NCBI GenBank assembly: GCA_021107855.1 | Contig: JAIORZ010000011.1 | Span: 7,686 to 71,685, forward strand | DNA length: 64,000 bases | Origin: an archaeon | GTDB taxonomy: Archaea > Nanobdellota > Nanobdellia > Pacearchaeales > GW2011-AR1 | Direction of reading: 5' to 3' | In this document: in pieces, positions 61,633 through 64,000 of the stretch | Layout: the number at the start of each line of letters is the position of its first letter | Numbering within the stretch: position 1 is the first letter of the stretch | Made by a program: the position numbers and the translations under genes | Notes under the pieces: generated by a model | Told to the model about the DNA's origin: nothing | Seen by the model: only the letters and a program-made list of their open reading frames with translations | Databases searched by the model: none

Positions 61633-61755
61633 ATGAAAAAGTATTTGTTGTTAGTCGAAGATGAAGAGTTGTGGGCGAAGTTTAAGGAAAGTATAGAAAA
61701 AGATATTAATAGTGAGATTATGAAGTTAATTAAGGAGAAAGTTGATGGTAAGTAA
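61633..61755 (+). CDS. 40-aa protein (hypothetical; possible ribbon-helix-helix-like; below ORF-track cutoff)
   Basis: Manual translation gives MKKYLLLVEDEELWAKFKESIEKDINSEIMKLIKEKVDGK. Overlaps the next gene start by 11 nt. Confidence 0.3.
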   Translation: MKKYLLLVEDEELWAKFKESIEKDINSEIMKLIKEKVDGK

Positions 61756-63580
61756 GAGGGCGCAGGTGACGATTTTTATTATTGTGGCGATAGTTTTGGT
61801 TGGGGGTGTTATTGCTTATTTTGCTTTCCGGGATTCTTTTGGGGTTAGTGTGCCTGAGGAGTTGAGACCGGTTTATGATTATTATATTTCGTGTTTGGAG
61901 GCTACAGTTGGGGAAGGGGTTGCTCTTCTGGGTGAGCAGGGAGGTAGGATTGACACGGGGGAGTTTATTCCGGGTTCTGCTTATATGCCGTTTAGTTCTC
62001 ATCTGGATTTTCTCGGGCAGGGGATTCCGTATTGGATGTATGTTTCTGGGAATAATTTGTTGAAGGAGAATGTTCCTACGAGGGAGGATATGGAGAGGGA
62101 GTTGGAGGTTTATATTGAGGACAGGCTTGGAGATTGCGATTTTTCGGATTTTGAATCGGCTGGATTTGATGTTTATGTTGGGGAGGGAAATGTTGCTGTT
62201 GATGTGAATGATTTGAATGTTGGTGTTGAGATTAAGAATCCTGTGACGATTTTTAAGGGGGAGTCTTCTGTTATTGTTAGTAATCATGAGTTTAGGGTTT
62301 CTAGTAAGTTGGGGAAGTTTTATGATTTGGCGAAGGAGGTTTATGATTATGAGAAGGCGAATATGTTTTTGGAGAAGTATGCGCTTGATGTTTTGAGGAT
62401 TTATGCTCCGGTTGATGGGGTTGAGGATGGTTGTTCTCCGATGATTTTTGTTGACTCGGAAATTCGTGAGGATATTATTATGGGTTTGGTTGCGAATATT
62501 GCGACGGTGAAGTTGGATGGGAGTTATTATGATTTGGGGTCGAAAAGTCGTGAGTATTTTGTTGAGGATGCTGGTTTGAATTTGGATGAGAGTGTGAATT
62601 TTATGTATTTGCCGGATTGGCCGACTCGGGTTGAGATTTATGGAGACAGGGTTGCGCGTCCGGTCGGGATGCAGGAGGGGATGGGTATTTTGGGCTTTTG
62701 TTATGTGCCGTATCATTTAGTTTATGATATTGATTTCCCTGTGTTAGTGCAGTTTTATGATGACGAGGAGTTGTTCCAGTTTCCTTTGGCGGTTATTATT
62801 TCTAAGAATCAGGCTCGTGAGGCGTTGCCAACTTATGCGGGGGAGAATATTGAATCGAAGGTTTGCGAGTTTATGAATCAGGAGGTTGATGTTTTTACTT
62901 ATGATGTTGATTTGGAGCCTGTCGAGGCGCGGATTAGTTTCAAGTGTTTGAATAGCGTTTGTAATATTGGGGAGACAAAACTTAGGGGTGGGGATGCCGT
63001 TTTGAGTGGTGATTTTCCTCAGTGTGTTAATGGGTTTATTATTGCGAGCGCCGAGGGGTATAGTGATTCTAAGTATCAGATTTCTACAAATGAAGAGACT
63101 CTGGCTAATATTCTTTTGAATAAGGAGTATGAGGTGAAGTTGGGATTGGAGGGTGTGAAGAGTGCGCTTGTGAATTTTGTTTCTGATGATTATTCGGCGA
63201 CGGTTCTTTATCCGGATATGAAGAGTGTGACGTTGGTCGAGGGTTATTATAATGTGTCGGTTTATGTTTATGATAATTCGAGTTTGAAGTTCCCAGCGAC
63301 TAATAGGCGGGAATGTGTTGATGTTCCGGAAACTGGTTTGGCGGGTTTCCTTGGTATGGAGACAGAGAAGTGTTATGATATTAATACGCCAGCGATGGAT
63401 GTTGATTTCGCGGTTGTTGGAGGTGGGAAGCAGTTTGAGTATATTACTTCTGAGGATTTGGAGAATGTTGTTAAATTAAATTTAGATGTGCCCTTGTTTG
63501 GTTTGCCGACGAGTATTGAGGAGATGTCGGCGAATTATAATAGGGTTGATGATGAGGTGGTTTTTTTAGAATTTGAATGA
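61745..63580 (+). CDS. 611-aa surface protein with pilin-like (class III) N-terminus (hypothetical)
   Basis: N-terminus MVSKRAQVTIFIIVAIVLVGGVIAYF. No motif recognised in the remainder. Confidence 0.6.
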   Translation: MVSKRAQVTIFIIVAIVLVGGVIAYFAFRDSFGVSVPEELRPVYDYYISCLEATVGEGVALLGEQGGRIDTGEFIPGSAYMPFSSHLDFLGQGIPYWMYVSGNNLLKENVPTREDMERELEVYIEDRLGDCDFSDFESAGFDVYVGEGNVAVDVNDLNVGVEIKNPVTIFKGESSVIVSNHEFRVSSKLGKFYDLAKEVYDYEKANMFLEKYALDVLRIYAPVDGVEDGCSPMIFVDSEIREDIIMGLVANIATVKLDGSYYDLGSKSREYFVEDAGLNLDESVNFMYLPDWPTRVEIYGDRVARPVGMQEGMGILGFCYVPYHLVYDIDFPVLVQFYDDEELFQFPLAVIISKNQAREALPTYAGENIESKVCEFMNQEVDVFTYDVDLEPVEARISFKCLNSVCNIGETKLRGGDAVLSGDFPQCVNGFIIASAEGYSDSKYQISTNEETLANILLNKEYEVKLGLEGVKSALVNFVSDDYSATVLYPDMKSVTLVEGYYNVSVYVYDNSSLKFPATNRRECVDVPETGLAGFLGMETEKCYDINTPAMDVDFAVVGGGKQFEYITSEDLENVVKLNLDVPLFGLPTSIEEMSANYNRVDDEVVFLEFE

Positions 63581-64000
63581 TGAGAAGGATATTTATTTTG
63601 GCGAGTGTGTTGGTTTTGTTTTTTAGTTCGGGTGTTTTGGCGACCTTTGATAATCCGTCGAGTAATTGGCAGGCACAGCAACCGAATTTTAATACTCTTT
63701 ATTCTGGTGAAGATATAAGTAATTATTGGCCGATTTTGAAGGACATGCAGGATGGGGAATGTGCCGAGGGTACGGATTTTGTGATTGGGATTCCGCCTGG
63801 GGGATGTAGTCCGACGGTTGTTCGGAGCGATTTGTTGGCTGAGCAGAATGTGCCAGTGTTTTGTCAGTTGTATGCGATTAAAGTGAATCCGTTGATTAAG
63901 GTTTCTGCGATTAAGTCGATTTCGTTTAAGGGGGACTATCCCGAGGGTGTTCGGAGCGTTGTGTTTCATCCGGCTAGGGCGGCGGTTAAGTCTTATTCGA
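63577..64000 (+). CDS. secreted protein, N-terminal part (3' end outside window; absent from ORF track)
   Basis: The ATG at 63577 overlaps the previous stop (ATGA). Signal peptide MMRRIFILASVLVLFFSSGVLA. Frame 1 stays open to base 64000. Confidence 0.55.
   Translation, partial: MMRRIFILASVLVLFFSSGVLATFDNPSSNWQAQQPNFNTLYSGEDISNYWPILKDMQDGECAEGTDFVIGIPPGGCSPTVVRSDLLAEQNVPVFCQLYAIKVNPLIKVSAIKSISFKGDYPEGVRSVVFHPARAAVKSYS

Noticed and set aside
1-64000. Search for CRISPR arrays, rRNA genes, transposases or IS elements, inteins in PolD, DnaE or RadA, and toxin-antitoxin or restriction-modification pairs.
   Set aside because: I saw no regularly spaced direct repeats, no rRNA-like sequence, no DDE or tyrosine-recombinase motifs, and no Cys/Ser...HN intein boundaries. 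The polymerase and recombinase genes have normal lengths. Detection was by eye only, so short or diverged examples could have been missed.

Overview
All calls were made by eye from motifs and the ORF track; no searches or computations were run. The window is a gene-dense (about 90 genes), archaeal-type chromosome segment that looks like a small DPANN-like genome. That taxonomic placement is an inference.

Archaeal core genes present:
- PolD DP1/DP2, RadA, RPA, a GINS-like protein, a RecJ/GAN-like protein, and Hef helicase plus XPF nuclease as two separate genes.
- aIF2-alpha, aEF-1beta, Nop10, and ribosomal proteins eS1, eL42, eS27 and uS15.
- SRP54, FtsY, Bud32, Dph6, CTP synthase, NDK, and family II pyrophosphatase.
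- Three tRNAs (Gln-TTG, Thr-TGT, Val-GAC), each with a TTAAAAA box at -31..-24.

Most notable observations:
1. A full-length, catalytically intact bacterial-type DnaE replicase sits directly downstream of the PolD operon.
2. A 9-kb cluster on the minus strand encodes a prepilin peptidase, a polytopic platform-like protein and eight proteins with class III (pilin-type) signal peptides. One of these is a 612-aa protein with a possible lytic-transglycosylase-like motif.
3. Two intergenic repeat families have three copies each: one keeps a 22-codon mini-ORF and a covarying hairpin, the other is a roughly 100-nt element with covarying helices.
4. The + DNA strand is enriched in G+T regardless of gene orientation, though unevenly, and a few small genes do not fit this pattern.
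5. There are families of small Cys-rich surface proteins and a tandem triplet of membrane paralogs.

I found no rRNA, CRISPR array, transposase or intein. Several short genes below the ORF-track cutoff were recovered manually (Nop10, eS27 and small membrane proteins).
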